A DNA stretch of 38,029 nt from a virus (taxonomy: Duplodnaviria > Caudoviricetes). The translations under genes were made by a program, and so were the position numbers. Shown here one piece after another: positions 8,383 through 16,137 of this stretch. A model generated the notes under the pieces. That model saw only the letters and a program-made list of their open reading frames with translations, had not been told where the DNA came from and searched no databases. The stretch lies in the IMG/VR virus record IMGVR_UViG_3300042318_000047, positions 1-38,029 of that record, one strand, 5' to 3'. Numbering within the stretch: the first letter of the stretch is position 1; every line of letters begins with the position of its first letter.

Positions 8383-8880
8383 ATGGATTGGCTTAAACAA
8401 ATCGCACCGACAATCGCTACTGCAATGGGTGGCCCACTAGCGGGTATGGCTGTGTCGGCTATCTCAAAAGCTATTGGCGTTGACCCTGACAAGGTTGGCG
8501 ATATGATTAGCAACAACAAGCTGTCGGCAGAACAAATCGCACAGGTCAAAATTGCTGAAATTGAACTTCAAAAGCAAGCGCAAGAACTTGGCCTTAACTT
8601 TGAAAAGCTAGAAGTGGAAGACCGCAAGTCAGCACGGGAGATGCAAGCCACCACCAGAAGCATGATGCCGCCTATCTTGGCTGGCGCTGTGACTATAGGC
8701 TTCTTTGGCATTATGGTAATGATGTTCTTCAACCAAATTGACAGCAGCAACCCTGCAATCTTGATGATGCTTGGCAGCTTGGGTACGGCGTGGACGGGCA
8801 TCATTGCCTACTATTTTGGATCGTCTGCTGGTTCACAAGCCAAGACCGATTTGCTTTCTAAATCTGGAGCATCTAAGTGA
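8383..8880 (+). CDS. Holin, GTA 3TM-holin-like
   Basis: 'IAPTIATAMGGPLAG', 'DRKSAREM', two C-terminal TMs and 'AYYFGSSAGS'; directly upstream of the endolysin. Confidence 0.75.
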   Translation: MDWLKQIAPTIATAMGGPLAGMAVSAISKAIGVDPDKVGDMISNNKLSAEQIAQVKIAEIELQKQAQELGLNFEKLEVEDRKSAREMQATTRSMMPPILAGAVTIGFFGIMVMMFFNQIDSSNPAILMMLGSLGTAWTGIIAYYFGSSAGSQAKTDLLSKSGASK

Positions 8881-9476
8881 TTACTGCTGAACAACTTAAA
8901 GAATTGCACATTGATGACGATTGGCTAGAGCCTTTAAATGAGGCTATGCAACGCTATGAAATCAACACGCCACTGCGGATGGCTGCTTTCATTGGTCAAT
9001 GCGCTCACGAATCAGGCAACTTTAAGACCCTGCAAGAAAACTTGAACTACTCAGCGGAAGCCTTATGCCGTGTCTGGCCTAGCAGATTTCCTAATCTTGA
9101 GGCAGCACAACCGTATCACCGCAATCCCGACAAGATCGCAAACAAGGTATACGGTGGTCGTATGGGGAATGGAACCGAAGAAACTGAGGAAGGTAGCCTC
9201 TACAAAGGCCGTGGCCTGATCCAGTTGACTGGCAAAGATAACTACACCTTGTGTGGTGATGCTTTGAGTGAAGATTTCATTCATTCGCCTGACCTTCTAT
9301 TGTCGCCAAAATACGCAGCACTAAGCGCGGCATGGTTTTGGAATAAACGTGGCCTAAACAAAGAGGCTGATGCAAAAGATTATGTCGCCATGACTAAGAA
9401 GATCAATGGCGGCACAATCGGCTTAGAGGATCGCTTAAAGCACATCAAACACGTTTTGGACGTTCTTGAAAACTAA
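8877..9476 (+). CDS. Endolysin, glycoside hydrolase family 19
   Basis: 'AAFIGQCAHESG', 'ENLNYS', 'YKGRGLIQLTGKDNY', 'SAAWFW', 'INGGTIGLEDR'. Confidence 0.93.
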   Translation: MITAEQLKELHIDDDWLEPLNEAMQRYEINTPLRMAAFIGQCAHESGNFKTLQENLNYSAEALCRVWPSRFPNLEAAQPYHRNPDKIANKVYGGRMGNGTEETEEGSLYKGRGLIQLTGKDNYTLCGDALSEDFIHSPDLLLSPKYAALSAAWFWNKRGLNKEADAKDYVAMTKKINGGTIGLEDRLKHIKHVLDVLEN

Positions 9477-9642
9477 CCGGGATGTAGGCACAAGCCTCTG
9501 ATGCGCTTGTCTCTACATTCACAACCAAAGTGCGTGGGCTAATTACTTGTTCAGGGTGACTAAGCCAACGCCGACAATTCTTGCAGTAGTTATCAGGGAA
9601 CACTGGTTCACACCGACAAACATCAGGCAGCAGGGGTGTCAT
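9445..9642 (-). CDS. Small Cys-rich hypothetical protein
   Basis: 'DVCRC...YCKNCRRW...C'; last gene of the leftward operon, overlapping the endolysin 3' end convergently. Confidence 0.55.
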   Translation of the reverse strand: MTPLLPDVCRCEPVFPDNYCKNCRRWLSHPEQVISPRTLVVNVETSASEACAYIPVSFQERPKRV

Positions 9643-9865
9643 CTTTGTATTCCAACTCAAGCAACAACTCTAAGTAATGAATGGCCTTGCGTATGTCAGC
9701 AGCGCCGCCTTTGGTTTTGTACCTAGTTACATACTTCACCACGTTCCCGGCACAAAAGCCTAGATTGTTGGCGTGAATGTAAACGATAGGCTGGATGCCT
9801 TTGTCTTTGTAGTGGTTACCTGATACTTGTTTGTCAAGTGCAGATACTGAAACAGTAAATGGCAT
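9623..9865 (-). CDS. DUF3310 / SaV-like protein
   Basis: 'QVSGNHYK...IQPI...GFCAGNVVKYVTRY..KGG..DIRKAIHYLE'. Confidence 0.85.
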   Translation of the reverse strand: MPFTVSVSALDKQVSGNHYKDKGIQPIVYIHANNLGFCAGNVVKYVTRYKTKGGAADIRKAIHYLELLLELEYKDDTPAA

Positions 9866-10182
9866 TACGACTCCTTTACAAACTGACCGTCTTTGTTCAT
9901 GTAGCCCTTGCGATGCTCAATGACCTTGTAAGCGTTATAGAAGCATTGACGAACATCTAGGTCACACAGCACACCTACGTTGACTAGGGTGACCATCACA
10001 TCACCAATAGCATCAGCAATCTCCGCACGGTCATTGGCAGTAACAGCAGCAAACAACTCATTTGCTTCTTCTACTGTTTTCTTGGCTTGACCCAATGCTG
10101 TGCCGTTCTCGTAGATACCACGAGCAGCAGCCCATTGCATGACCTGAAATTCTGTCATGCCAAACGATTGCGTTTCTTTCAT
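9865..10182 (-). CDS. MazG-like nucleotide pyrophosphohydrolase
   Basis: 'QWAAARGI', 'KTVEEANEL', 'IADAIGDVMVTL', 'RKG...GQFVKE'; start taken at the ATGA overlap. Confidence 0.85.
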   Translation of the reverse strand: MKETQSFGMTEFQVMQWAAARGIYENGTALGQAKKTVEEANELFAAVTANDRAEIADAIGDVMVTLVNVGVLCDLDVRQCFYNAYKVIEHRKGYMNKDGQFVKES

Positions 10183-10490
10183 ACTGTCCATTCTCTTTCG
10201 TTACGACCTGAGTTTGATTTGACTGTCTTGCCTGTTAGGAACACCATGCCCATAACTTTCATTTCGTTCATGCGCCGGGCAACTTGATTTCCATCAAGGC
10301 CAGTTAACCCTGCAATACCATCTTTTCCAAGTGGCCCATGTTCTTTTAGGCAATCAGAAATAAGATTCCAATGCTTTGCAGTCATGTTCTCAACTGAGTC
10401 TGCTGCTTTAAACGATTCAACAGGATCAGTTGCCCGAACACGGGGAAACTTGATGTCAAAAAACTCTTTAAACTTGTTTGCGTATTCCAT
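10179..10490 (-). CDS. Winged-helix DNA-binding protein
   Basis: 'RATDPVESFKAA' followed by a wHTH pattern (LKEHGPL...QVARRMNEM...GRNEREW); start at MEYANK with AGGA RBS. Confidence 0.6.
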   Translation of the reverse strand: MEYANKFKEFFDIKFPRVRATDPVESFKAADSVENMTAKHWNLISDCLKEHGPLGKDGIAGLTGLDGNQVARRMNEMKVMGMVFLTGKTVKSNSGRNEREWTV

Positions 10491-10559
10491 GTCTTGTCCT
10501 AAGTTATGGATGTTAGCAACATTATTGAATGACAATAACATTGCTAATTTTCCAATAAG

Positions 10560-10721
10560 TTAATCAGTACCGCCAACTTGCATTACTTCAGCGTCTGTCT
10601 CTTGTTCTTTAAACTGTTGAACAAGTTTCTGGTGTAGCGGGAAAGCACCAGATTCTGTTGGCAGTTGTCCAAGAACACGGACAATAAAAGCGGCTTCATT
10701 TGCGTCAAGATTAAAAGTCAT
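10560..10721 (-). CDS. Small protein, 53 aa (MTFNLDANEAAFIVRVLGQLPTESGAFPL...); paralogue of 6923-7066
   Basis: Hand-translated; GGAGA RBS upstream. Confidence 0.75.
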   Translation of the reverse strand: MTFNLDANEAAFIVRVLGQLPTESGAFPLHQKLVQQFKEQETDAEVMQVGGTD

Positions 10722-10733
10722 AGTTTCTCCAAG

Positions 10734-10997
10734 TTAAAAGGGTGCGTCTGAATCATCAAATTGAACATTAAGGCGTTTAGGGCTTAAAGCCTGTTTAACG
10801 GGCCTATCTTCTTTTGGCTTGACTGACAGGCTCATAAACTTTTTGCCTGTCTTCTCGCTTGTTTTAAGCCATCCTGACACCCACATGTCAACACCATTAA
10901 CATTCAGACTGCCTTTGTAGTCTGGATGATTGTCTTGTTGCTTGTCATCGTTTTTAAAGATGGCTCCGCGATTGCTGTTGTCGTATTGCATTTTCAT
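10734..10997 (-). CDS. Small ssDNA-binding-like protein
   Basis: 'HPDYKGSLNVNG..MWVSGW' beta-rich core, acidic 'DDSDAPF' tail typical of SSBs, adjacent to the annealase. Confidence 0.6.
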   Translation of the reverse strand: MKMQYDNSNRGAIFKNDDKQQDNHPDYKGSLNVNGVDMWVSGWLKTSEKTGKKFMSLSVKPKEDRPVKQALSPKRLNVQFDDSDAPF

Positions 10998-11608
10998 TCC
11001 TTTGCTTTTTTAATAGCCGACCGGGTTTTGCTATCCAGCAATGACCACAGTGCGACCTTTTGATCAGCCTCAAGATTCTCAGAGTCAAGCCTGTCAAGGG
11101 CTTGCTTTGGGTTTCCTTCAGCCACGTTAGCGATTAGATCAATCGCTAATTCCTGAAGGTACTGCATTTCCTCTGGAGGAATAGTGTCTGCAATACCTTG
11201 CGATGGTGTGATGATGACTTTTTTGTCTTCTACAGGCTTAGACGAATCAAGCGCATCGTGTTCTACGATCTCAAGCGCAGCAACCCACAGGTATCTGCGA
11301 ATGTAGGTCTGCACAGCGCCAAGGTTCTGAACGGGATGACAGCCTTTAAGATTGGCTTCCGACATGGGAGACTCAATCACAATCATTTCTTCTGGCTTGT
11401 CAGTGTTAATGATCCGCATATCAGCAGACTCTTTGCCAAAGCTAATAATGCTTGTTAAACCAACTTCATCAAAGATGCTTAGTGCTGGAACAATAAAGTC
11501 TCCAAGTTCAAAATACTTGTAGCCAGCAAACTTGTTGTGGCCTGACTTTTTCAGTTCAGTGCTGTGAAACTTATGACGAGCATCATTAAGTTTTTGATAG
11601 ACGTTCAT
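10994..11608 (-). CDS. ERF-family single-strand annealing recombinase
   Basis: 'KKSGHNKFAGYKYFELGDF' and 'QNLGAVQTYIRRYLW'. Confidence 0.85.
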   Translation of the reverse strand: MNVYQKLNDARHKFHSTELKKSGHNKFAGYKYFELGDFIVPALSIFDEVGLTSIISFGKESADMRIINTDKPEEMIVIESPMSEANLKGCHPVQNLGAVQTYIRRYLWVAALEIVEHDALDSSKPVEDKKVIITPSQGIADTIPPEEMQYLQELAIDLIANVAEGNPKQALDRLDSENLEADQKVALWSLLDSKTRSAIKKAKE

Positions 11609-11763
11609 GCTACTTTCCTTACAGGTTGAGCCAACAGCCAGTTAGGGCCAAGCTGGATAACAGAACGCACCCACTTGCGTTGGTACTGCTGAATGACTTG
11701 TGGTGGCGCATCGTAAGTTTTAAACAACTCACGGGCTTTGCAACGAATTTGGAATGTAGTCAT
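11605..11763 (-). CDS. Small basic hypothetical protein (52 aa)
   Basis: Hand-translated MTTFQIRCKAREL...QRKWVRSVIQLGPNWLLA; GAGG RBS; ATGA overlaps at both ends. Confidence 0.7.
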   Translation of the reverse strand: MTTFQIRCKARELFKTYDAPPQVIQQYQRKWVRSVIQLGPNWLLAQPVRKVA

Positions 11764-11924
11764 TCTTGCACCTCTTTTGGCTCTGATCGAACCAACGTAA
11801 TGCTATCTGGAAGATGACGGTATGAGTCAGCTACAACTTCATTAAAGCCGTAGCCTTCAACCATCTTGTTTGCGTAGTCAAGAACAATTTTCTCGACTTC
11901 AGCGCGGGACAACGTAATTTTCAT
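11760..11924 (-). CDS. Small hypothetical protein (54 aa), first gene of the leftward operon
   Basis: Hand-translated MKITLSRAEVEKIVLDY...; AGGAG RBS. Confidence 0.7.
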   Translation of the reverse strand: MKITLSRAEVEKIVLDYANKMVEGYGFNEVVADSYRHLPDSITLVRSEPKEVQE

Positions 11925-11950
11925 TTGAACTCCTGTCTTGTTGAGCCTTT

Positions 11951-11994
11951 ATCTTATGACGCATCAACAAAAAAAACATTAGGACAAACCCTAA
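11951..11994 (-). promoter_or_regulatory. Putative leftward promoter: -10 TAAGAT with upstream TTAGGG-N4-(T)CCTAA dyad
   Basis: ATCTTA at 11951-11956 (TAAGAT on minus strand); TTAGGACAAACCCTAA at 11979-11994. Confidence 0.45.
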
Positions 11995-12022
11995 TAGACA
12001 ACCGGGTCAACAATGATACTCT
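11995..12022 (+). promoter_or_regulatory. Putative rightward sigma70 promoter, possibly giving a leaderless mRNA
   Basis: TAGACA-16 nt-TACTCT with an extended TG; ATG 12030 is 8 nt downstream and has no RBS. Confidence 0.35.
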
Positions 12023-12029
12023 TGCCAGC

Positions 12030-12221
12030 ATGAACACACCAGACCACCACGAAACTGCCGCAGCACAGGAGCTTTGCGTTACTGCAATCCAAGCTGTCAA
12101 GCAGTACACTCCCGATCCCGGCGACTTTGAAGCAGCTACCGTTGCTGTTTTAGCTCGGGCCATTGAACTCACCACGAAGAAGGAACTAACACTGTGTTAC
12201 CAGCAAAACTCTACTACTTAA
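12030..12221 (+). CDS. Hypothetical protein
   Basis: First rightward gene; start reassigned to MNTPDHH. Confidence 0.55.
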   Translation: MNTPDHHETAAAQELCVTAIQAVKQYTPDPGDFEAATVAVLARAIELTTKKELTLCYQQNSTT

Positions 12222-12580
12222 AACAGCTTGAGAATGGCCCTGTAAGCCATAGAACGATCACCAAGCGCATGACAGGCAAATATTTAGACTCAGCAGCGGG
12301 AATTAAAGACGCACTGGTTGCAGATGGCATCATTGTGTGCGTTGCAAAGGTAATGCAAAGCAACGGCAAGTACGCCTACCATCACAAGCTAACCGGGAAA
12401 ACCTATGTTGCCCAAAAGCAACAAGAAAACTCTGATGCTTGGGATGATGGACAAGCAAAGTCAACAGGCAATGCGTTTAATTGGCGTGGGCCATCAGTAG
12501 TGTTTAAGAAGCAAGAACTGGCGCAGTTGCAACAGAAGTATCAAGGCAACAACCCGATCACTATTTACAGCAGGGCTTAA
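12194..12580 (+). CDS. Hypothetical protein, possible winged-helix
   Basis: AAGGA RBS before GTG; 'LENGPVSHRTI...ALVADGII' pattern. Confidence 0.55.
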   Translation: MLPAKLYYLKQLENGPVSHRTITKRMTGKYLDSAAGIKDALVADGIIVCVAKVMQSNGKYAYHHKLTGKTYVAQKQQENSDAWDDGQAKSTGNAFNWRGPSVVFKKQELAQLQQKYQGNNPITIYSRA

Positions 12581-12690
12581 GTGGTGGTATAGTTTTATGA
12601 AACCCGGCTAGGCAGAGAGTAGCTACTCTGCTAAAAAGTGAACCTCCCACCTGCCGTGCGTTTCTTCTGGAGGGTTGCGAGGATGCAGAA
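12564..12690 (+). promoter_or_regulatory. Promoter and structured 5' leader of the replication initiator
   Basis: TTTACA-18-TATAGT with extended TG; nested inverted repeats including the perfect palindrome AGAGTAGCTACTCT (12616-12629); AACCTCC can pair with GGAGGGTT. Confidence 0.55.
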
Positions 12691-13422
12691 ATGCACTATT
12701 ACAAATTTAACATTGCCGACTATCGGAAAGATACGGGTCATCTTTCAACAATTGAACACGGAATTTTTCGTCAGTTAATTGATTGGTATTACCTTGACGA
12801 ACAACCAATTTCTTTAGAAACCCAAGTGGTTTCCAGACGGTTACGCTTGGGTTCTGACGATTTAATTTTTCTTGAAAATGTCTTGTCAGACTTCTTTCAA
12901 AAAACAGAAAAAGGCTATACCCACAAACGTATTGAATTGGAAATACGTGAATATCACGGTAAAGCAGAGACAAATAAGGTTAATGGTAAGCGTGGTGGTA
13001 GGCCAAAGAAAACCCAGTCGGTTATTTCTGGGTTGCCAGATCAAAGCCAAAATAACCCTAACCAAGAACCAATAACCAATAACCATAAACCAAAGAGAGA
13101 GAACGCAACTAGCGTTGCTTGCCCTTCTGATGTTGCAGAACAGGTTTGGCAAGATTGGTTGTCACTCAGAAAGTCAAAGAAGGCATCAGTTACCGAAACT
13201 GTGGTTAACGGTGCAAGGCAAGAAGCCAACAAACTTGGCTGGCCTTTAGAGCAATTTTTGATTGAGTGGTGTACCAGAGGCTCACAAGGGCTGAAAGCTG
13301 AGTGGGTTAAGCCTGACCAACAGAGCATGAGCAAGACTGGTCAAATGAACAAGAAGGTTATTTCTGGCCTTACCCGTGGCCTTATCGGAGGAGACAACAA
13401 TGTCCGTTTACTTGGAAACTGA
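12691..13422 (+). CDS. Replication initiator, DUF1376/YdaU family (lambda O analogue)
   Basis: 'MHYYKFNIADY..DT.HLS..EHG.FR.L.D.YY', 'HKRI..EI', 'NGKRGGRPK', low-complexity linker, C-terminal helical domain. Confidence 0.85.
   Translation: MHYYKFNIADYRKDTGHLSTIEHGIFRQLIDWYYLDEQPISLETQVVSRRLRLGSDDLIFLENVLSDFFQKTEKGYTHKRIELEIREYHGKAETNKVNGKRGGRPKKTQSVISGLPDQSQNNPNQEPITNNHKPKRENATSVACPSDVAEQVWQDWLSLRKSKKASVTETVVNGARQEANKLGWPLEQFLIEWCTRGSQGLKAEWVKPDQQSMSKTGQMNKKVISGLTRGLIGGDNNVRLLGN
13011..13093. repeat. Iteron-like repeats inside the initiator gene (candidate phage ori)
   Basis: AACC at 13054, 13060, 13067, 13074, 13081, 13088 (7-nt period); AACC-N5-GGTT dyads at 13011-13023 and within 12817-12833. 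Confidence 0.5.
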
Positions 13423-13786
13423 TTTTTGCAAGCCTGATGACGGGCTTGATTACATCTTTGGCCGAATGATGGCTATTTTTGGTTCTTCTTTTGCCAGACA
13501 CTTTGACGAGGTTGATCCGCAGCTTGTTCGGCAAGAGTGGAAGAAGCAACTTGGCAACTTCCTGACATACAGACCAAGCATGGACTTTGCCATTGACAAT
13601 CTTGACGGCAACTTTGTTCCAAGCGCAATTAAGTTTCGCAACCTTTGCAACGCTGGCCCACAAATACCTGCTAAGCCTGTTCCTCAGATCACCAAGCAGC
13701 GCACACAAGCTGAAATTGCTGCCACTGAGATAGCTAAAGCCAAGGCAAGGCAAATGCTTGAAGAAATGAAAAGAGGTTACAAATGA
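13400..13786 (+). CDS. Replication protein P-like (putative helicase loader)
   Basis: Follows the initiator; 'IFGRMMAIFGSSF...W...L...PSAIKFRNLC' pattern; GGAGGAG RBS before ATG 13400. Confidence 0.55.
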   Translation: MSVYLETDFCKPDDGLDYIFGRMMAIFGSSFARHFDEVDPQLVRQEWKKQLGNFLTYRPSMDFAIDNLDGNFVPSAIKFRNLCNAGPQIPAKPVPQITKQRTQAEIAATEIAKAKARQMLEEMKRGYK

Positions 13787-13971
13787 AACGACCTTACGCA
13801 CTTAAACGCCTGTTGGAACACGGGGAACTGTCTAGCAAGGAGATTGAAGAAATCACTTGCTGGACAACAAAGCAAGTGTGGGCCAGCATCCAGCGTCTGC
13901 AAAAGACCAAGGTTGTTTGCAAGTACCCCAAGATGAAGTGGGGTTTAGTTCAGCTTTGGCCTTACACATGA
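13783..13971 (+). CDS. Small winged-helix protein
   Basis: 'LLEHGELSSKEIEEITCW..KQVWASIQRL'. Confidence 0.55.
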   Translation: MKRPYALKRLLEHGELSSKEIEEITCWTTKQVWASIQRLQKTKVVCKYPKMKWGLVQLWPYT

Positions 13972-14174
13972 CACGCAGACAAATACAAGACGCTGGCGAC
14001 AGATACCAGATTGAGTTGGGCGAAGCAAGGGTATTGCTTTGCACTTACCAAGTGACCAAACAAAAAGTTCTGACTCAGGTCAGGATGGAATGGTTAGAAA
14101 AGAAGTACGGCACGGGTTCTGTAGCAAGGATTCGTGATTACATGACAAGACTACAAAACGGAGAATTGGAATGA
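13968..14174 (+). CDS. Hypothetical protein
   Basis: ATGA-coupled; start reassigned to MTRRQIQD. Confidence 0.6.
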   Translation: MTRRQIQDAGDRYQIELGEARVLLCTYQVTKQKVLTQVRMEWLEKKYGTGSVARIRDYMTRLQNGELE

Positions 14175-14281
14175 ATAATTGGCCCTTCCCACCACCATCA
14201 GGCCCAACACCTTGGACACGCAAGCAAATCCAAGAGTACGAAAAGCAAAAGCGTGAGGACGCAGGGGATTCGCCGTTATGA
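14171..14281 (+). CDS. Proline-rich micro-protein (MNNWPFPPPSGPTPW...)
   Basis: Hand-translated 36 aa; GGAG RBS; ATGA overlaps at both ends. Confidence 0.6.
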   Translation: MNNWPFPPPSGPTPWTRKQIQEYEKQKREDAGDSPL

Positions 14282-14541
14282 GATACGCAAGCCGTGTGGA
14301 CGCAAATCAGGCGCAAATCGTATCTGCACTGAGAGGTGCTGGCGCTTACATCTGGATTATTGGCCTACCTGTTGACCTCTTAGTTGGCTACAACGGTCAG
14401 ACATACTTGGTTGAGATCAAGGATGGCCCTAAAAAGGCTTTAACGAGGCTACAGCAAGACTTTTTTGGAAATTGGATAGGTGGTGGCTTGCACCGCATTG
14501 ATGGCCCTGAAGACGCTTTACGCATGATTGGGGTTCTATGA
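14278..14541 (+). CDS. PD-(D/E)xK nuclease, VRR-NUC-like (putative resolvase)
   Basis: 'RVDANQAQIVSALR..GA', 'DLLVG', 'VEIKD', 'LTRLQQDF'. Confidence 0.75.
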   Translation: MRYASRVDANQAQIVSALRGAGAYIWIIGLPVDLLVGYNGQTYLVEIKDGPKKALTRLQQDFFGNWIGGGLHRIDGPEDALRMIGVL

Positions 14542-14849
14542 CACCAGACATGAAAAGCCGTGAACAAGAACGTCTTTATCACGCAATCATCAATCAGATT
14601 GCCAAACAGTCAAAGCTGCATGGCAGTCGGTGGACGCCAGAATCGTGGAAACGATACCTGATTGACCAATGGGCGCATGAGAACGGAGAGTCAGCATCTG
14701 TCAGCAAAGTGATGCCAAGCATTGACGGTTTGCGGATAGTACAGCTAGGACTGCAAAGCAGACGGTTTACCAAAGAGCAAGCCATCAGCTTTACTGAGTG
14801 GTTGTTGTATTGGGCCAACACTAACGGGGTGACGCTTGAAGAACGCTGA
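14538..14849 (+). CDS. ninB: NinB/Orf-family recombination protein
   Basis: 'SREQERLYHAII..IAKQ', 'WTPESWK', 'SRRFTKEQ..FTEWL..WA..NGV'. Confidence 0.75.
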   Translation: MTPDMKSREQERLYHAIINQIAKQSKLHGSRWTPESWKRYLIDQWAHENGESASVSKVMPSIDGLRIVQLGLQSRRFTKEQAISFTEWLLYWANTNGVTLEER

Positions 14850-15120
14850 AATTATTCACAAAGGCAAAGTAGCAAGCCTTGGTTGTGCGCTGTGCCATCA
14901 CTTGCATGGCGACCATGAGCCGGGGCCAGTGGAGTTACACCACCTAAGAGCAGGGGGTTGGGGGCGTGGAAGTTACTTAACTTTGATGGGCCTATGCGTA
15001 GAACATCATCGTGGCAATAAGGGTATACACGGATTGGGGACAAAAGGCTTTGTGGAATATTATGGAATCACTCAGCAAGAACTGCTTGAGTGGACACTAA
15101 ACAAGATAGGACAAAAATGA
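14836..15120 (+). CDS. Ref-like (recombination enhancement) HNH/Zn nuclease
   Basis: 'VASLGCALC', 'ELHHLR', 'LCVEHHRG..GIH'. Confidence 0.75.
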   Translation: MKNAEIIHKGKVASLGCALCHHLHGDHEPGPVELHHLRAGGWGRGSYLTLMGLCVEHHRGNKGIHGLGTKGFVEYYGITQQELLEWTLNKIGQK

Positions 15121-15371
15121 ACTACACAGCCATTGCAGCGGCTATGAGAGCCGAGATTGAAGACAGCAAAAAGCTGTACATGCCTAACAGCCCCGGCGCT
15201 TTTGTGCGGGACAGGCTGTTTAAAGACTGCTTGTGGGAAGAAGCAGCTTATTTTTGGGGTTGCTATTGCAGCCGCACGTTTAACAGCCATGAATTAAACG
15301 ACTTGTACCTTGAGCTTGAGGCTCTTGCAGCCAACGAAAAGATGCCCGATTGGGGAACTAAGGGGACATGA
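15117..15371 (+). CDS. Hypothetical protein
   Basis: ATGA-coupled; start reassigned to MNYTAIA. Confidence 0.6.
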   Translation: MNYTAIAAAMRAEIEDSKKLYMPNSPGAFVRDRLFKDCLWEEAAYFWGCYCSRTFNSHELNDLYLELEALAANEKMPDWGTKGT

Positions 15372-15463
15372 TGGACTGCAAACAACACATGTGGGAGCCT
15401 GTCGAGAACCAACCTATTTACAAGTGCGCCCGATGCGGCGCTTTCCTGAGGATCATCAAATGA
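15368..15463 (+). CDS. Zn-ribbon micro-protein (MMDCKQHMW...YKCARCG)
   Basis: Hand-translated 31 aa; AGGGGA RBS; ATGA overlaps at both ends. Confidence 0.55.
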   Translation: MMDCKQHMWEPVENQPIYKCARCGAFLRIIK

Positions 15464-15828
15464 CTCCCAAACAAGAAGAAGCGTTGCGAGATTACTTGCG
15501 TGAAACTGTCGTGCCGTTGATCGAAGATGTGCTGACCAAGAAACTGGGGCAAGCCCTGACATTTGCAAAAGAAGAACTTGCACAGCCAGCACCTGTGCAG
15601 GAGCCTGTGGCGACAATAGACAGCCTTGAGCAAGAAATTTACGAAAACACACGGGAATTTGTATCCCTTAATGTTATGGAATGGCTATTGAATCGGTTAA
15701 ACACCACCCCACCCGCAGCACAGCCAGCAGTGCCGGATGCAATACACCACACCGATCTGAGTGAGCATCCCCAGTACATCGAAGGATGGAACGATTGCAG
15801 AGCAGAGATGCTGAAAGGAATGAAATGA
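15460..15828 (+). CDS. Hypothetical nin-region protein
   Basis: 'AQPAPVQEPVA', 'TTPPAAQP' and 'GWNDCRAEML' mosaic motifs common in phage accessory genes. Confidence 0.65.
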   Translation: MTPKQEEALRDYLRETVVPLIEDVLTKKLGQALTFAKEELAQPAPVQEPVATIDSLEQEIYENTREFVSLNVMEWLLNRLNTTPPAAQPAVPDAIHHTDLSEHPQYIEGWNDCRAEMLKGMK

Positions 15829-15926
15829 AATACCCCTCATATTGCTGCCAGAAATGCGGAGAACTTATTGGCTGGCTAGGTCGGGCTATGCCATTTCACA
15901 AATGTAAGGAGAATAAAAATGGATGA
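15825..15926 (+). CDS. Zn-binding micro-protein (MKYPSYCCQKCGE...FHKC)
   Basis: Hand-translated 33 aa; AAAGGA RBS. Confidence 0.55.
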   Translation: MKYPSYCCQKCGELIGWLGRAMPFHKCKENKNG

Positions 15927-16137
15927 AGCAGCAAAAGTATGGATGGCTACAAGGCGGTCAGCCTTTGACTCTAAACATTCTGTTTACGGCAGAAGCACGT
16001 CCGTTGAGATCGGGACGTATAAGTGTGAAATCTGCGAAACAACAACGACCATCATGTCGATTGATGGATCAGACGGTGAATACGGTTCGTTTGACTGCTG
16101 CAAGCCTTGCTTTGACAAACTGTGGGAGAAGCCATGA
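15919..16137 (+). CDS. Zn-finger hypothetical protein
   Basis: CEIC...CKPC; AGGAGA RBS. Confidence 0.65.
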   Translation: MDEAAKVWMATRRSAFDSKHSVYGRSTSVEIGTYKCEICETTTTIMSIDGSDGEYGSFDCCKPCFDKLWEKP

